A DNA stretch of 64,000 bases from Eledone cirrhosa (GCA_964016885.1 OZ024742.1:5270001-5334000), one strand, 5' to 3'; shown: positions 46,501 through 61,766, counted from the first letter of the stretch. A program made the numbers and translations. Notes: generated by a model not told the origin, from the sequence alone.

Positions 46501-49500
46501 TTTAGTTACTCTACATATCTGACTAAATAGGTTAGTTACTCTACACACCTGACTAAATAGGTTAGTTACTCTACATATCTGACTAAATAGGTTAGTTACT
46601 CTACACACCTGACTAAATAGTTTAGTTACTCTACATACCTGACTAAATAGGTTAGTTACTCTACATACCTGACTAAAAAGGTTAGTTAGTCTACACACCT
46701 GACTAAATAGTTTAGTTACTCTACACACCTGACTAAATAGGTTAGTTAGTCTACATACCTGACTAAATAGGTTAGTTACTCTACATACCTGACTAAAAAG
46801 GTTAGTTAGTCTACAGACCAGACTAAATAGGTTAGTTACTCTACACACCTGACAAATAGTTTAGTTACTCTACACACCTGACTAAATAGGTTAGTTACTC
46901 TACATACCTGACTAAAAAGGTTAGTTACTCTACACACCTGACTAAATAGGTTAGTTACTCTACACACCCGACAAATAGTTTAGTTACTCTACACACCTGA
47001 CTAAATAGTTTAGTTACTCTACATATCTGACTAAATAGGTTAGTTACTCTACACACCTGACTAAATAGGTTAGTTAGTCTACAGACCAGACTAAATAGGT
47101 TAGTTACTCTACACACCTGACTAAATAGGTTAGTTACCCTACATACATGACTAAATAGGTTAGTTACTCTACACACCTGACTAAAAAGGTTAGTTACTCT
47201 ACACACCTAACTAAATAGGTTAGTTACTCTACACACCTGACTAAATAGGTTAGTTACTCTACACACCTGACTAAATAGGTTAGTTACTCTACACACCCGA
47301 CTAAATAGGTTAGTTAGTCTACAGACCAGACTAAATAGGTTAGTTACTCTACACACCTGACTAAATAGGTTAGTTACCCTACATACATGACTAAATAGGT
47401 TAGTTACTCTACACACCTGACTAAATAGGTTAGTTACTCTACATATCTGACTAAATAGGTTAGTTACTCTACACACCTGACTAAATAGGTTAGTTACTCT
47501 ACACACCTGACTAAAAAGGTTAGTTACTCTACATATCTGACTAAATAGGTTAGTTACTCTACACACCTGACTAAATAGGTTAGTTACTCTACACACCTGA
47601 CTAAAAAGGTTAGTTACTCTACACACCTGACTAAATAGGTTAGTTACTCTACACACCTGACTAAATAGGTTAGTTACTCTACACACCTGACTAAATAGGT
47701 TAGTTACTCTACACACCTGACTAAATAGGTTAGTTACTCTACACACCTGACTAAATAGGTTAGTTACTCTACACACCTGACTAAATAGTTTAGTTACTCT
47801 ACACACCTGACTAAATAGGTTAGTTAGTCTACACACCTGACAAATAGTTTAGTTACTCTACACACCTGACTAAATAAGTTAGTTAGTCTACACACCTGAC
47901 TAAATAGGTTAGTTAGTCTACACACCTGACTAAATAGGTTAGTTAGTCTATACAACAGACTAAAAAGGTTAGTTACTCTACACACCTGACTAAATAGGTT
48001 AGTTACTCTACACACCTGACTAAATAGGTTAGTTACTCTACACACCCGACTAAATAGGTTAGTTAGTCTACAGACCAGACTAAATAGGTTAGTTACTCTA
48101 CACACCTGACTAAATAGGTTAGTTACTCTACATATCTGACTAAATAGGTTAGTTACTCTACACACCTGACTAAATAGTTTAGTTACTCTACATACCTGAC
48201 TAAATAGGTTAGTTACTCTACATACCTGACTAAAAAGGTTAGTTAGTCTACACACCTGACTAAATAGTTTAGTTACTCTACACACCTGACTAAATAGGTT
48301 AGTTAGTCTACATACCTGACTAAATAGGTTAGTTACTCTACATACCTGACTAAAAAGGTTAGTTAGTCTACAGACCAGACTAAATAGGTTAGTTACTCTA
48401 CACACCTGACAAATAGTTTAGTTACTCTACACACCTGACTAAATAGGTTAGTTACTCTACATACCTGACTAAAAAGGTTAGTTACTCTACACACCTGACT
48501 AAATAGGTTAGTTACTCTACACACCCGACAAATAGTTTAGTTACTCTACACACCTGACTAAATAGTTTAGTTACTCTACATATCTGACTAAATAGGTTAG
48601 TTACTCTACACACCTGACTAAATAGGTTAGTTAGTCTACAGACCAGACTAAATAGGTTAGTTACTCTACACACCTGACTAAATAGGTTAGTTACCCTACA
48701 TACATGACTAAATAGGTTAGTTACTCTACACACCTGACTAAAAAGGTTAGTTACTCTACACACCTAACTAAATAGGTTAGTTACTCTACACACCTGACTA
48801 AATAGGTTAGTTACTCTACACACCTGACTAAATAGGTTAGTTACTCTACACACCCGACTAAATAGGTTAGTTAGTCTACAGACCAGACTAAATAGGTTAG
48901 TTACTCTACACACCTGACTAAATAGGTTAGTTACCCTACATACATGACTAAATAGGTTAGTTACTCTACACACCTGACTAAATAGGTTAGTTACTCTACA
49001 TATCTGACTAAATAGGTTAGTTACTCTACACACCTGACTAAATAGGTTAGTTACTCTACACACCTGACTAAAAAGGTTAGTTACTCTACACACCTGACTA
49101 AATAGGTTAGTTACTCTACACACCTGACTAAATAGGTTAGTTACTCTACACACCTGACTAAATAGGTTAGTTACTCTACACACCTGACTAAATAGGTTAG
49201 TTACTCTACACACCTGACTAAATAGTTTAGTTACTCTACACACCTGACTAAATAGGTTAGTTAGTCTACACACCTGACAAATAGTTTAGTTACTCTACAC
49301 ACCTGACTAAATAAGTTAGTTAGTCTACACACCTGACTAAATAGGTTAGTTAGTCTACACACCTGACTAAATAGGTTAGTTAGTCTACACAACAGACTAA
49401 AAAGGTTAGTTACTCTACACACCTGACTAAATAGGTTAGTTACTCTACACACCTGACTAAATAGGTTAGTTACTCTACACACCCGACTAAATAGGTTAGT

Positions 49501-52500
49501 TAGTCTACAGACCAGACTAAATAGGTTAGTTACTCTACACACCTGACTAAATAGGTTAGTTACCCTACATACATGACTAAATAGGTTAGTTACTCTACAC
49601 ACCTGACTAAAAAGGTTAGTTACTCTACATATCTGACTAAATAGGTTAGTTACTCTACACACCTGACTAAATAGGTTAGTTACTCTACACACCTGACTAA
49701 ATAGGTTAGTTACTCTACACACCTGACTAAATAGGTTAGTTACTCTACACACCTGACTAAATAGGTTAGTTAGTCTACACACCTGACTAAATAGGTTAGT
49801 TACTCTAAACACCTGACTAAATAGGTTAGTTACTCTACACACCTGACTAAATAGGTTAGTTACTCTACACACCTGACTAAATAGTTTAGTTACTCTACAC
49901 ACCTGACTAAAAAGGTTAGTTACTCTACACACCTGACAAATAGTTTAGTTACTCTACACACCTGACTAAAAAGGTTAGTTAGTCTACACACCTGACAAAT
50001 AGTTTAGTTACTCTACACACCTGACTAAATAGGTTAGTTAGTCTACACACCTGACTAAATAGTTTAGTTACTCTACACACCTGACTAAATAGGTTAGTTA
50101 GTCTACACACCTGACAAATAGTTTAGTTGCTCTACACACCTGACTAAATAGGTTAGTTAGTCTACACACCTGACTAAATAGTTTAGTTACTCTACACAAC
50201 TCTACTAAATAGGTTAGTTAGTCTACACACCTGACTAAATAGGTTAGTTACTCTACATACCTGACTAAATAGTTTAGTTACTCTACACACCTGACTAAAT
50301 AGGTTAGTTAGTCTACACACCTGACAAATAGTTTAGTTACTCTACACACCTGACTAAATAAGTTAGTTAGTCTACACACCTGACTAAATAGGTTAGTTAG
50401 TCTACACACCTGACTAAATAGGTTAGTTAGTCTACACAACAGACTAAAAAGGTTAGTTACTCTACACACCTGACTAAATAGGTTAGTTACTCTACACCCC
50501 TGACAAATACTTTAGTTACTCTACACACCTGACAAATAGTTTAGTTACTCTACACACCTGACTAAATAGGTTAGTTAGTCTACACACCTGACTAAATAGG
50601 TTAGTTACTCTACACCCCTGACAAATACTTTAGTTACTCTACACACCTGACAAATAGTTTAGTTACTCTACACACCTGACTAAATAGTTTAGTTACTCTA
50701 CACACCTGACTAAAAAGGTTAGTTAGTCTACACACCTGACTAAATAGGTTAGTTACTCTACACCCCTGACAAATACTTTAGTTACTCTACACACCTGACA
50801 AATAGTTTAGTTACTCTACACACCTGACTAAATAGGTTAGTTAGTCTACACACCTGACTAAATAGGTTAGTTACTCTACACACCTGACTAAATAGGTTAG
50901 TTACTCTACAGACCTGACAAATAGTTTAGTTACTCTACACACCTGACTAAATAGGTTAGTTAGTCTACATACCTGACTAAATAGGTTAGTTACTCTACAC
51001 ACCTGACTAAATAGGTTAGTTACTCTACACACCTGACTAAATAGGTTAGTTACTCTACACACCTGACTAAATAGGTTAGTTACTCTACACACCTGACAAA
51101 TAGTTTAGTTACTCTACACACCTGACTAAATAGGTTAGTTACTCTACACACCTGACTAAATAGGTTAGTTACTCTACACACCCGACAAATAGTTTAGTTA
51201 CTCTACACACCGGACTAAATAGGTTAGTTACTCTACATACCTGACTAAATAGGTTAGTTACTCTACACACCTGACTAAATAGGTTAGTTACTCTACATAC
51301 CTGACTAAATAGGTTAGTTACTCTACACACCCGACAAATAGTTTAGTTACTCTACACACCTGACTAAATAGGTTAGTTACTCTACATACCTGACTAAATA
51401 GGTTAGTTACTCTACACACCTGACTAAATAGGTTAGTTACTCTACATACCTGACTAAATAGGTTAGTTACTCTACACACCCGACAAATAGTTTAGTTACT
51501 CTACACACCCGACAAATAGTTTAGTTACTCTACATACCTGACTAAATAGGTTAGTTACTCTACACACCTGACTAAATAGGTTAGTTACTCTACATACCTG
51601 ACTAAATAGGTTAGTTAGTCTACACACCCGACAAATAGTTTAGTTACTCTACACACCCGACAAATAGTTTAGTTACTCTACACACCTGATTAAATAGGTT
51701 AGTTACTCTACACACCCGACAAATAGTTTAGTTACTCTACACACCTGATTAAATAGGTTAGTTACTCTACACACCTGACTAAATAGGTTAGTTACTCTAC
51801 ACACCCGACAAATAGTTTAGTTACTCTACACACCCGACAAATAGTTTAGTTACTCTACACACCTGATTAAATAGGTTAGTTACTCTACACACCCGACAAA
51901 TAGTTTAGTTACTCTACATATCTGACTAAATAGGTTAGTTACTCTACACACCTGACTAAATAGGTTAGTTACTCTACACACCCGACAAATAGTTTAGTTA
52001 CTCTACATATCTGACTAAATAGGTTAGTTACTCTACACACCTGACTAAATAGGTTAGTTACTCTACACACTTGACTAAATAGGTTAGTTACTCTACACAC
52101 CTGACAAATAGTTTAGTTACTCTACACACCTGACTAAATAGGTTAGTTACTCTACACACCCGACAAATAGTTTAGTTACTCTACACACCTGACTAAATAG
52201 GTTAATTACTCTACACACCCGACAAATAGTTTAGTTACTCTACACACCCGACAAATAGTTTAGTTACTCTACATATCTGACTAAATAGGTTAGTTACTCT
52301 ACACACCTGACTAAATAGGTTAGTTACTCTACACACCTGACAAATAGTTTAGTTACTCTACATATCTGACTAAATAGGTTAGTTACTCTACACACCTGAC
52401 AGATAGTTTAGTTACTCTACATATCTGACTAAATAGGTTAGTTACTCTACACACCTGACTAAATAGGTTAGTTACTCTACATATCTGACTAAATAGGTTA

Positions 52501-55500
52501 GTTACTCTACACACCTGACTAAATAGTTTAGTTACTCTACATACCTGACTAAATAGGTTAGTTACTCTACATACCTGACTAAAAAGGTTAGTTAGTCTAC
52601 ACACCTGACTAAATAGTTTAGTTACTCTACACACCTGACTAAATAGGTTAGTTAGTCTACATACCTGACTAAATAGGTTAGTTACTCTACATACCTGACT
52701 AAAAAGGTTAGTTAGTCTACAGACCAGACTAAATAGGTTAGTTACTCTACACACCTGACAAATAGTTTAGTTACTCTACACACCTGACTAAATAGGTTAG
52801 TTACTCTACATACCTGACTAAAAAGGTTAGTTACTCTACACACCTGACTAAATAGGTTAGTTACTCTACACACCCGACAAATAGTTTAGTTACTCTACAC
52901 ACCTGACTAAATAGGTTAGTTACTCTACACACCTGACAAATAGTTTAGTTACTCTACATATCTGACTAAATAGGTTAGTTACTCTACACACCTGACTAAA
53001 TAGGTTAGTTAGTCTACAGACCAGACTAAATAGGTTAGTTACTCTACACACCTGACTAAATAGGTTAGTTACCCTACATACATGACTAAATAGGTTAGTT
53101 ACTCTACACACCTGACTAAAAAGGTTAGTTACTCTACACACCTAACTAAATAGGTTAGTTACTCTACACACCTGACTAAATAGGTTAGTTACTCTACACA
53201 CCTGACTAAATAGGTTAGTTACTCTACACACCCGACTAAATAGGTTAGTTAGTCTACAGACCAGACTAAATAGGTTAGTTACTCTACACACCTGACTAAA
53301 TAGGTTAGTTACCCTACATACATGACTAAATAGGTTAGTTACTCTACACACCTGACTAAATAGGTTAGTTACTCTACATATCTGACTAAATAGGTTAGTT
53401 ACTCTACACACCTGACTAAATAGGTTAGTTAGTCTACACACCTGACTAAATAGGTTAGTTACTCTAAACACCTGACTAAATAGGTTAGTTACTCTACACA
53501 CCTGACTAAATAGGTTAGTTACTCTACACACCTGACTAAATAGTTTAGTTACTCTACACACCTGACTAAAAAGGTTAGTTACTCTACACACCTGACAAAT
53601 AGTTTAGTTACTCTACACACCTGACTAAAAAGGTTAGTTAGTCTACACACCTGACAAATAGTTTAGTTACTCTACACACCTGACTAAATAGGTTAGTTAG
53701 TCTACACACCTGACTAAATAGTTTAGTTACTCTACACACCTGACTAAATAGGTTAGTTAGTCTACACACCTGACAAATAGTTTAGTTGCTCTACACACCT
53801 GACTAAATAGGTTAGTTAGTCTACACACCTGACTAAATAGTTTAGTTACTCTACACAACTCTACTAAATAGGTTAGTTAGTCTACACACCTGACTAAATA
53901 GGTTAGTTACTCTACATACCTGACTAAATAGTTTAGTTACTCTACACACCTGACTAAATAGGTTAGTTAGTCTACACACCTGACAAATAGTTTAGTTACT
54001 CTACACACCTGACTAAATAAGTTAGTTAGTCTACACACCTGACTAAATAGGTTAGTTAGTCTACACACCTGACTAAATAGGTTAGTTAGTCTACACAACA
54101 GACTAAAAAGGTTAGTTACTCTACACACCTGACTAAATAGGTTAGTTACTCTACACCCCTGACAAATACTTTAGTTACTCTACACACCTGACAAATAGTT
54201 TAGTTACTCTACACACCTGACTAAATAGGTTAGTTAGTCTACACACCTGACTAAATAGGTTAGTTACTCTACACCCCTGACAAATACTTTAGTTACTCTA
54301 CACACCTGACAAATAGTTTAGTTACTCTACACACCTGACTAAATAGTTTAGTTACTCTACACACCTGACTAAAAAGGTTAGTTAGTCTACACACCTGACT
54401 AAATAGGTTAGTTACTCTACACCCCTGACAAATACTTTAGTTACTCTACACACCTGACAAATAGTTTAGTTACTCTACACACCTGACTAAATAGGTTAGT
54501 TAGTCTACACACCTGACTAAATAGGTTAGTTACTCTACACACCTGACTAAATAGGTTAGTTACTCTACAGACCTGACAAATAGTTTAGTTACTCTACACA
54601 CCTGACTAAATAGGTTAGTTAGTCTACATACCTGACTAAATAGGTTAGTTACTCTACACACCTGACTAAATAGGTTAGTTACTCTACACACCTGACTAAA
54701 TAGGTTAGTTACTCTACACACCTGACTAAATAGGTTAGTTACTCTACACACCTGACAAATAGTTTAGTTACTCTACACACCTGACTAAATAGGTTAGTTA
54801 CTCTACACACCTGACTAAATAGGTTAGTTACTCTACACACCCGACAAATAGTTTAGTTACTCTACACACCGGACTAAATAGGTTAGTTACTCTACATACC
54901 TGACTAAATAGGTTAGTTACTCTACACACCTGACTAAATAGGTTAGTTACTCTACATACCTGACTAAATAGGTTAGTTACTCTACACACCCGACAAATAG
55001 TTTAGTTACTCTACACACCTGACTAAATAGGTTAGTTACTCTACATACCTGACTAAATAGGTTAGTTACTCTACACACCTGACTAAATAGGTTAGTTACT
55101 CTACATACCTGACTAAATAGGTTAGTTACTCTACACACCCGACAAATAGTTTAGTTACTCTACACACCCGACAAATAGTTTAGTTACTCTACATACCTGA
55201 CTAAATAGGTTAGTTACTCTACACACCTGACTAAATAGGTTAGTTACTCTACATACCTGACTAAATAGGTTAGTTAGTCTACACACCCGACAAATAGTTT
55301 AGTTACTCTACACACCCGACAAATAGTTTAGTTACTCTACACACCTGATTAAATAGGTTAGTTACTCTACACACCCGACAAATAGTTTAGTTACTCTACA
55401 CACCTGATTAAATAGGTTAGTTACTCTACACACCTGACTAAATAGGTTAGTTACTCTACACACCCGACAAATAGTTTAGTTACTCTACACACCCGACAAA

Positions 55501-58500
55501 TAGTTTAGTTACTCTACACACCTGATTAAATAGGTTAGTTACTCTACACACCCGACAAATAGTTTAGTTACTCTACATATCTGACTAAATAGGTTAGTTA
55601 CTCTACACACCTGACTAAATAGGTTAGTTACTCTACACACCCGACAAATAGTTTAGTTACTCTACATATCTGACTAAATAGGTTAGTTACTCTACACACC
55701 TGACTAAATAGGTTAGTTACTCTACACACTTGACTAAATAGGTTAGTTACTCTACACACCTGACAAATAGTTTAGTTACTCTACACACCTGACTAAATAG
55801 GTTAGTTACTCTACACACCCGACAAATAGTTTAGTTACTCTACACACCTGACTAAATAGGTTAATTACTCTACACACCCGACAAATAGTTTAGTTACTCT
55901 ACACACCCGACAAATAGTTTAGTTACTCTACATATCTGACTAAATAGGTTAGTTACTCTACACACCTGACTAAATAGGTTAGTTACTCTACACACCTGAC
56001 AAATAGTTTAGTTACTCTACATATCTGACTAAATAGGTTAGTTACTCTACACACCTGACAGATAGTTTAGTTACTCTACATATCTGACTAAATAGGTTAG
56101 TTACTCTACACACCTGACTAAATAGGTTAGTTACTCTACATATCTGACTAAATAGGTTAGTTACTCTACACACCTGACTAAATAGTTTAGTTACTCTACA
56201 TACCTGACTAAATAGGTTAGTTACTCTACATACCTGACTAAAAAGGTTAGTTAGTCTACACACCTGACTAAATAGTTTAGTTACTCTACACACCTGACTA
56301 AATAGGTTAGTTAGTCTACATACCTGACTAAATAGGTTAGTTACTCTACATACCTGACTAAAAAGGTTAGTTAGTCTACAGACCAGACTAAATAGGTTAG
56401 TTACTCTACACACCTGACAAATAGTTTAGTTACTCTACACACCTGACTAAATAGGTTAGTTACTCTACATACCTGACTAAAAAGGTTAGTTACTCTACAC
56501 ACCTGACTAAATAGGTTAGTTACTCTACACACCCGACAAATAGTTTAGTTACTCTACACACCTGACTAAATAGGTTAGTTACTCTACACACCTGACAAAT
56601 AGTTTAGTTACTCTACATATCTGACTAAATAGGTTAGTTACTCTACACACCTGACTAAATAGGTTAGTTAGTCTACAGACCAGACTAAATAGGTTAGTTA
56701 CTCTACACACCTGACTAAATAGGTTAGTTACCCTACATACATGACTAAATAGGTTAGTTACTCTACACACCTGACTAAAAAGGTTAGTTACTCTACACAC
56801 CTAACTAAATAGGTTAGTTACTCTACACACCTGACTAAATAGGTTAGTTACTCTACACACCTGACTAAATAGGTTAGTTACTCTACACACCCGACTAAAT
56901 AGGTTAGTTAGTCTACAGACCAGACTAAATAGGTTAGTTACTCTACACACCTGACTAAATAGGTTAGTTACCCTACATACATGACTAAATAGGTTAGTTA
57001 CTCTACACACCTGACTAAATAGGTTAGTTACTCTACATATCTGACTAAATAGGTTAGTTACTCTACACACCTGACTAAATAGGTTAGTTACTCTACACAC
57101 CTGACTAAAAAGGTTAGTTACTCTACATATCTGACTAAATAGGTTAGTTACTCTACACACCTGACTAAATAGGTTAGTTACTCTACATATCTGACTAAAT
57201 AGGTTAGTTACTCTACACACCTGACTAAAAAGGTTAGTTACTCTACACACCTGACTAAATAGGTTAGTTACTCTACACACCTGACTAAATAGGTTAGTTA
57301 CTCTACACACCTGACTAAATAGGTTAGTTACTCTACACACCTGACTAAATAGGTTAGTTACTCTACACACCTGACTAAATAGGTTAGTTACTCTACACAC
57401 CTGACTAAATAGTTTAGTTACTCTACACACCTGACTAAATAGGTTAGTTAGTCTACACACCTGACAAATAGTTTAGTTACTCTACACACCTGACTAAATA
57501 AGTTAGTTAGTCTACACACCTGACTAAATAGGTTAGTTAGTCTACACACCTGACTAAATAGGTTAGTTAGTCTACACAACAGACTAAAAAGGTTAGTTAC
57601 TCTACACACCTGACTAAATAGGTTAGTTACTCTACACACCTGACTAAATAGGTTAGTTACTCTACACACCCGACTAAATAGGTTAGTTAGTCTACAGACC
57701 AGACTAAATAGGTTAGTTACTCTACACACCTGACTAAATAGGTTAGTTACCCTACATACATGACTAAATAGGTTAGTTACTCTACACACCTGACTAAAAA
57801 GGTTAGTTACTCTACATATCTGACTAAATAGGTTAGTTACTCTACACACCTGACTAAATAGGTTAGTTACTCTACACACCTGACTAAATAGGTTAGTTAC
57901 TCTACACACCTGACTAAATAGGTTAGTTACTCTACACACCTGACTAAATAGGTTAGTTAGTCTACACACCTGACTAAATAGGTTAGTTACTCTAAACACC
58001 TGACTAAATAGGTTAGTTACTCTACACACCTGACTAAATAGGTTAGTTACTCTACACACCTGACTAAATAGTTTAGTTACTCTACACACCTGACTAAAAA
58101 GGTTAGTTACTCTACACACCTGACAAATAGTTTAGTTACTCTACACACCTGACTAAAAAGGTTAGTTAGTCTACACACCTGACAAATAGTTTAGTTACTC
58201 TACACACCTGACTAAATAGGTTAGTTAGTCTACACACCTGACTAAATAGTTTAGTTACTCTACACACCTGACTAAATAGGTTAGTTAGTCTACACACCTG
58301 ACAAATAGTTTAGTTACTCTACACACCTGACTAAATAGGTTAGTTAGTCTACACACCTGACTAAATAGTTTAGTTACTCTACACAACTCTACTAAATAGG
58401 TTAGTTAGTCTACACACCTGACTAAATAGGTTAGTTACTCTACATACCTGACTAAATAGTTTAGTTACTCTACACACCTGACTAAATAGGTTAGTTAGTC

Positions 58501-60712
58501 TACACACCTGACAAATAGTTTAGTTACTCTACACACCTGACTAAATAAGTTAGTTAGTCTACACACCTGACTAAATAGGTTAGTTAGTCTACACACCTGA
58601 CTAAATAGGTTAGTTAGTCTACACAACAGACTAAAAAGGTTAGTTACTCTACACACCTGACTAAATAGGTTAGTTACTCTACACCCCTGACAAATACTTT
58701 AGTTACTCTACACACCTGACAAATAGTTTAGTTACTCTACACACCTGACTAAATAGGTTAGTTAGTCTACACACCTGACTAAATAGGTTAGTTACTCTAC
58801 ACACCTGACTAAATAGGTTAGTTACTCTACACACCTGACAAATAGTTTAGTTACTCTACACACCTGACTAAATAGGTTAGTTAGTCTACATACCTGACTA
58901 AATAGGTTAGTTACTCTACACACCTGACTAAATAGGTTAGTTACTCTACACACCTGACTAAATAGGTTAGTTACTCTACACACCTGACTAAATAGGTTAG
59001 TTACTCTACACACCTGACAAATAGTTTAGTTACTCTACACACCTGACTAAATAGGTTAGTTACTCTACACACCTGACTAAATAGGTTAGTTACTCTACAC
59101 ACCCGACAAATAGTTTAGTTACTCTACACACCTGACTAAATAGGTTAGTTACTCTACATACCTGACTAAATAGGTTAGTTACTCTACACACCTGACTAAA
59201 TAGGTTAGTTACTCTACATACCTGACTAAATAGGTTAGTTACTCTACACACCCGACAAATAGTTTAGTTACTCTACACACCTGACTAAATAGGTTAGTTA
59301 CTCTACATACCTGACTAAATAGGTTAGTTACTCTACACACCTGACTAAATAGGTTAGTTACTCTACATACCTGACTAAATAGGTTAGTTACTCTACACAC
59401 CCGACAAATAGTTTAGTTACTCTACACACCTGACTAAATAGGTTAGTTACTCTACATACCTGACTAAATAGGTTAGTTACTCTACACACCTGACTAAATA
59501 GGTTAGTTACTCTACATACCTGACTAAATAGGTTAGTTACTCTACACACCCGACAAATAGTTTAGTTACTCTACACACCTGACTAAATAGGTTAGTTACT
59601 CTACACACCTGACTAAATAGGTTAGTTACTCTACATACCTGACTAAATAGGTTAGTTACTCTACACACCCGACAAATAGTTTAGTTACTCTACACACCTG
59701 ACTAAATAGGTTAGTTACTCTACATACCTGACTAAATAGGTTAGTTACTCTACACACCTGACTAAATAGGTTAGTTACTCTACACACCTGACTAAATAGG
59801 TTAGTTACTCTACACACCTGACTAAATAGGTTAGTTACTCTACATACCTGACTAAATAGGTTAGTTACTCTACACACCCGACAAATAGTTTAGTTACTCT
59901 ACACACCTGACTAAATAGGTTAGTTACTCTACATACCTGACTAAATAGGTTAGTTACTCTACACACCTGACTAAATAGGTTAGTTACTCTACATACCTGA
60001 CTAAATAGGTTAGTTACTCTACACACCCGACAAATAGTTTAGTTACTCTACATACCTGACTAAATAGGTTAGTTACTCTACATACCTGACTAAATAGGTT
60101 AGTTACTCTACACACCCGACAAATAGTTTAGTTACTCTACACACCTGACTAAATAGGTTAGTTACTCTACATACCTGACTAAATAGGTTAGTTACTCTAC
60201 ACACCCGACAAATAGTTTAGTTACTCTACACACCTGACTAAATAGGTTAGTTACTCTACATACCTGACTAAATAGGTTAGTTACTCTACACACCTGACTA
60301 AATAGGTTAGTTACTCTACATACCTGACTAAATAGGTTAGTTACTCTACACACCCGACAAATAGTTTAGTTACTCTACATACCTGACTAAATAGGTTAGT
60401 TACTCTACACACCTGACTAAATAGGTTAGTTAGTCTACATACCTGACTAAATAGGTTAGTTACTCTACACACCCGACAAATAGTTTAGTTACTCTACATA
60501 CCTGACTAAATAGGTTAGTTACTCTACACACCTGACTAAATAGGTTAGTTAGTCTACACACCTGACTAAATAGATTAGTTACTCTACACACCTGACTAAA
60601 TAGGTTAGTTACTCTACACACCTGACAAATAGTTTAGTTACTCTACATACCTGACGAAATAGGTTAGTTACTCTACACACCTGACTAAATAGGTTATTTT
60701 CTCTACACACCT
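31541..60712. repeat. Satellite DNA, 30-bp monomer (CTGACTAAATAGGTTAGTTACTCTACACAC) with frequent 29-bp variants, roughly 980 monomers, nested higher-order repeats
   Basis: Direct reading. Matching variant blocks in the ORF track recur at offsets of 5402, 3659 and 12235 bp. Confidence 0.99.
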
Positions 60713-61168
60713 TTCGTTTCATTCTTTTCCATTTATCGTTTACGGTACGCCCGGCCGACTAACTCACTCGATATGCAAATTAGGCTGCTCAGCCGTTAAT
60801 ATATGCATAAGGAAAGTACATACATTCAAACGTTCAATCGACTGACAGGAAGATATACGGTGCTGATGACAGCTAATAAGCTAGAAACTAGTTCATCGTT
60901 CCTTTGTCAGTGTTGAACAAAAGGGCAGCGATGGTTGCCGAAGAGTGTACGGCTAATAATTCAGGCTGTTTGTTTACAAACAAACCGAGCATTATAATAA
61001 ATGTTCGGTAAACCCATACGTACATATATATATGTGTGCATGTATGTATATATATATATACATACCACTGTACGTCTGTATACATATATGTATGTACGTA
61101 TACATACTTTCATATAAGTATCAGCCGCACTAAGGGTGAGAAATGAAATTTCATTATTTTCCATTTAT
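60713..61168 (+). mobile_element. Retrozyme-like element, one monomer plus ~20-nt terminal redundancy, abutting the satellite end
   Basis: Starts tttcgtttcattcttttccatttat and ends tttcattattttccatttat followed by (TA)n. Homologous to 20429-22048. Confidence 0.75.
60857..60899 (+). ncRNA. Type I hammerhead ribozyme, canonical core, GUU triplet
   Basis: acggtg-CTGATGA-cagctaataagcta-GAAAC-ta-GTT-catcgt. Confidence 0.85.
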
Positions 61169-61266
61169 ATATATATAAATTCATATATCTACGGTTCTTA
61201 TATATTTGATATGTATTTATCCTTATCGGAGCCTCTTTGGATTTTAGTCTTCAAATTTATTATTAT

Positions 61267-61305
<39 letters not shown>

Positions 61306-61307
<2 letters not shown>

Positions 61308-61681
61308 TGTAATCTGAGTTTTTCGAACAGTATTCGGTTCGTTTACAATTATGCAAACAAGCCTCATTTTAAAGCCATGCGTCAGTAGAATGAGCCCCTC
61401 ATTCTCATTCTTGCTCTTGTGTTGGCATGTAAACAGAACTGCAGACACTAATGTTTCTGGGTATTACCCTTCATCAGTACAGTTCACTGTTCACAGAGTA
61501 CTTATGAAGGGTAATACCCAGAAACATTAGTGTCTGCAGTTCTGTTTACATGCCAACACATGAGCAAGAATGAGAATGAGGGGCTCATTCTACTGACGCA
61601 TGGCTTTAAAATGAGGCTTGTTTGCATAATTGCAAACGAATCGAATATTATTATTAATATTCGAAAATTTCAGATTACATT
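61306..61681. repeat. ~375-bp palindrome centred near 61489, with a hammerhead on each arm
   Basis: atgcaaacaagcctcattttaaagccatgcgtcagtagaatgagcccctc pairs with gaggggctcattctactgacgcatggctttaaaatgaggcttgtttgcat. Confidence 0.95.
61436..61485 (-). ncRNA. Type I hammerhead ribozyme, canonical core; the mirror copy at 61498-61542 (+) has CTTATGA (G5U, likely inactive)
   Basis: Minus strand reads gaactgta-CTGATGA-agggtaataccca-GAAAC-attagt-GTC-tgcagttc. Confidence 0.9.
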
Positions 61682-61766
61682 TATTGTATTCAGCCATGTA
61701 GAGCGAAAATTTTATATATATATATATATGAAAAAGAACACAAGAGCGTCTACAACATCAAAAGAT

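Noticed and set aside
31528-59877. Long minus-strand ORFs of (VCRVTNLFSQ)n, up to 599 aa
   Set aside because: They follow from a stop-free frame in a 30-bp monomer. The frame is repeatedly broken by 29-bp variants and starts are GTG, so there is no evidence of coding constraint.
31541-60712. CRISPR-like 30-bp repeats
   Set aside because: Monomers are head-to-tail with no unique spacers, there are no cas genes, and the context is eukaryotic.
31541-60712. Telomeric array
   Set aside because: Only TTAG/TAGG fragments occur within a 30-mer; there is no tandem TTAGGG or TTAGG.
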